A stretch of DNA of 64,000 bases. It comes from Obrimoposthia wandeli (taxonomy: Eukaryota). The stretch is taken from assembly GCA_977020255.1 (NCBI GenBank), contig CDROCS010001153.1:310001-374000 (forward strand), read 5' to 3'. This document shows positions 61,820-64,000 of this stretch, piece after piece (within the stretch, counting starts at the first letter, position 1; each line of letters starts with the position of its first letter). The notes beneath the pieces are model-generated. The model saw nothing but the letters and a program-made list of their open reading frames with translations. It was not told the DNA's origin and did not search any database. Position numbers and translations under genes: made by a program.

Positions 61820-63373
61820 CTAAATAAAAATTAATTTTTAAACTAGTCTATTACAATAATATTTGCATCAAGTATTTTAGTTTTAGGAGCCCGTAACGGC
61901 AGTTGATAATTGAATCAACTCTTTTCGGAAGCCCATATATTGAACTCTTTCTTGACAATCTTTAGATCTATAATCATTGTTGTAAGTAGTGGAGGGAAAC
62001 GAATTATATTCTATCAATGGCATTTAACGTGTTTCTCAGGACTTTTAGGTGCATTAATAATTTTAAGTTATTTCGGGCAATTAGTATTTAATTAGCTGGT
62101 CAAGCCTTCGGATAAGAGCGAGGTGTCTTGGGGTTTGTCAGCAATTGTAATGTAGCAACAGCAGTAGGATAACCGGCGACTAAATAGCCGTACCAAGCCG
62201 CGGAGTTTGCCATCCCAATCTATTGTCAATGATAACATGTCTTGGCCGAGGTATTATCATAAACATTGTAAATGTGACGTTAAATTATTTTAGATACAAT
62301 AAAAACTGTAGATGAAAGAAGATTTTTAACTTACGATACTGGGCAAATCTTCAAAAATATTAAAACTAGAAATTAGAATAAAAAACAATTTAATTTGTTT
62401 TATTTTCTATAACTTTTATCAATATAACATTTATTATAGATTAGTGTAAGTTTTTATGCTGTATTATTTACTCATACATAACATTAGAAACATAAGCAGT
62501 TTTTTCTTTGTGAATAAGCGGCAGACAAATAAGAAGTGTCAAAAATAGGAAAAAATTAAGCCCAATTAAAATATCTATTTATATTTCAATATTTGCATTA
62601 AATATACAAATATCAACAATTGTTTAAAAAATATATTCTTTTACTATTACATTTAAAAATATTAATATTCAAATTTGTTTAAAGACTAAAAAATTATAAA
62701 ACATAACTTTAAAAAAATCAATGATATTGTAAGATATTTAAGAAATTATGTAGAGAAGGAAGATTAAGGCGTATTTAAGAAGTATTTAGCCTTTAAAAAT
62801 AAGCTAGAGCCAACAGCAACAAGATGTTTAGAAAACCAAAGTGAACCGATTGGAAAAATGTTAATAAACATTTACCACAAGCAGGGAAAAAGACAAGAGC
62901 ATGAATTAGCACACAGCAGCAGCAACGACATTTTATTGAATCTATAAAAATAGTGCTGAGTAATATATTAGCACTCAAACGGGTGAATTAGGAATTCCAA
63001 TTTTTAAAAAAATACAATTTGTTTGTGAATACAATCTGATAACGAAAATAAGAATAATCTGAAAAACTATAAATAATTGTCTGATGACATTTATTAATTG
63101 ATAATTGGCAAATTGATATTAGACAAAGTGACAAGACGCGTAATTTAGCCCATCATGGGATTTAATTAATAAAGTGCTAAAAGTACATTTAAAAAATATT
63201 TCGTAATTTATTTTTATCATTTTGAGTTGTATTATTTTTGGGTGGCAGATAAGTTTGTGATAGATAAGTTTTTCTGTCGCAGCTGGCCAGAACTCATTCT
63301 GAACTGGGTGAGCGGGACCTTTCTGAAAATATATGTTGTGTCCTTTATATGGTTTCTCTTAAATTGCTGAATG

Positions 63374-64000
63374 TGTTAGGATTAGGATTCTAATAATTTG
63401 TGAAAATAATTATTTATTTATACAGTAAAATAAATCCTTGAAAGCAAATTTAAAAATTAAATAAAATTTGAAATTAAATAATAAAATGAAAAGTATTTTA
63501 GGACCTTGACGAGGTCAAGTGTTAATGTGCTGTATATAAGGAAACGTTTAGGGCCCAAAAAAATTAATTAACAATAACCGAGAAGCAGCCAGCGTCCAAG
63601 AAAGCGTTCCCAAGATTCCAGCTGCTGGGAACAAGACAGCCGGCAACCGACTAAGAACGAAGAGTATCGCACAGATCGACTGATTTCCGACAGAAATCCA
63701 TTAGACAAAAAACAATTAGTGGACAATTGCTGAATTCACTATAAGAAGGAAAATAATCGGCTGGAAGAATTAGAATTAAAACTCGCGACGAGACAAGAGA
63801 AGAAAAGTTTCATTCCGGGATAAATTGGTGAAACCAAAGTACGCGAAAGGAAGATAATTCGTGTGATGAAGAAAGAAGTTGAAAGAAGGACCGATAAAAA
63901 AAAGTACGGGATCCAACAGTAACCGAAGGACCGACAAACGAGACGACTCCCTACACGTTGTTTTTTATATATTATTTTGTCTCTAAAAAGTATATTGAAT
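63374..64000 (+). mobile_element. LTR of the same family as 56739-59177, running off the window end
   Basis: Starts TGTTAGG; AAATAAATCCTTGAAAGCAA and GGACCTTGA match the reverse complement of 59030-59130; TATATAAG at about 63533. Confidence 0.6.

Noticed and set aside
1-64000. Assigning the host species (the micro-introns and AT-richness suggest a flatworm)
   Set aside because: Suggestive only. It cannot be established without a database search.

Overview
AT-rich eukaryotic (probably invertebrate) genomic DNA. The main feature is a full-length 14,353-bp Maverick/Polinton (7447-21799) with a 6-bp TSD (CCGAAT) and perfect 48-bp TIRs. It encodes pPolB, c-integrase, a packaging ATPase, an adenain-like protease, major and minor capsid proteins and several accessory ORFs, and it lies inside an intron of a host CIMAP2/LEXM-like ciliary gene (eight in-phase exons, 101-27654, minus strand). 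The Maverick appears to carry spliceosomal introns: 42 and 457 nt in pPolB, 39 nt in the protease, and probably 34 nt in a small ORF. The short ones match host micro-introns (35 and 42 nt) in the same window, and the long one is built from the element's own subterminal repeats. The element also carries a catalytically dead dual-specificity phosphatase and dense AGGTCA arrays at both ends. A separate 154-bp fold-back element (61456-61609) has Maverick-type termini and its own 6-bp TSD, so it is a candidate Maverick-mobilised miniature element. The rest of the window holds exons of two or three unidentified host genes, a decayed intronless TBP-like plus IAP cluster, solo LTRs (one with a 4-bp TSD and an internal satellite), and Tc1/mariner and piggyBac remnants. 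All family assignments come from motif recognition by eye; no database searches were run.
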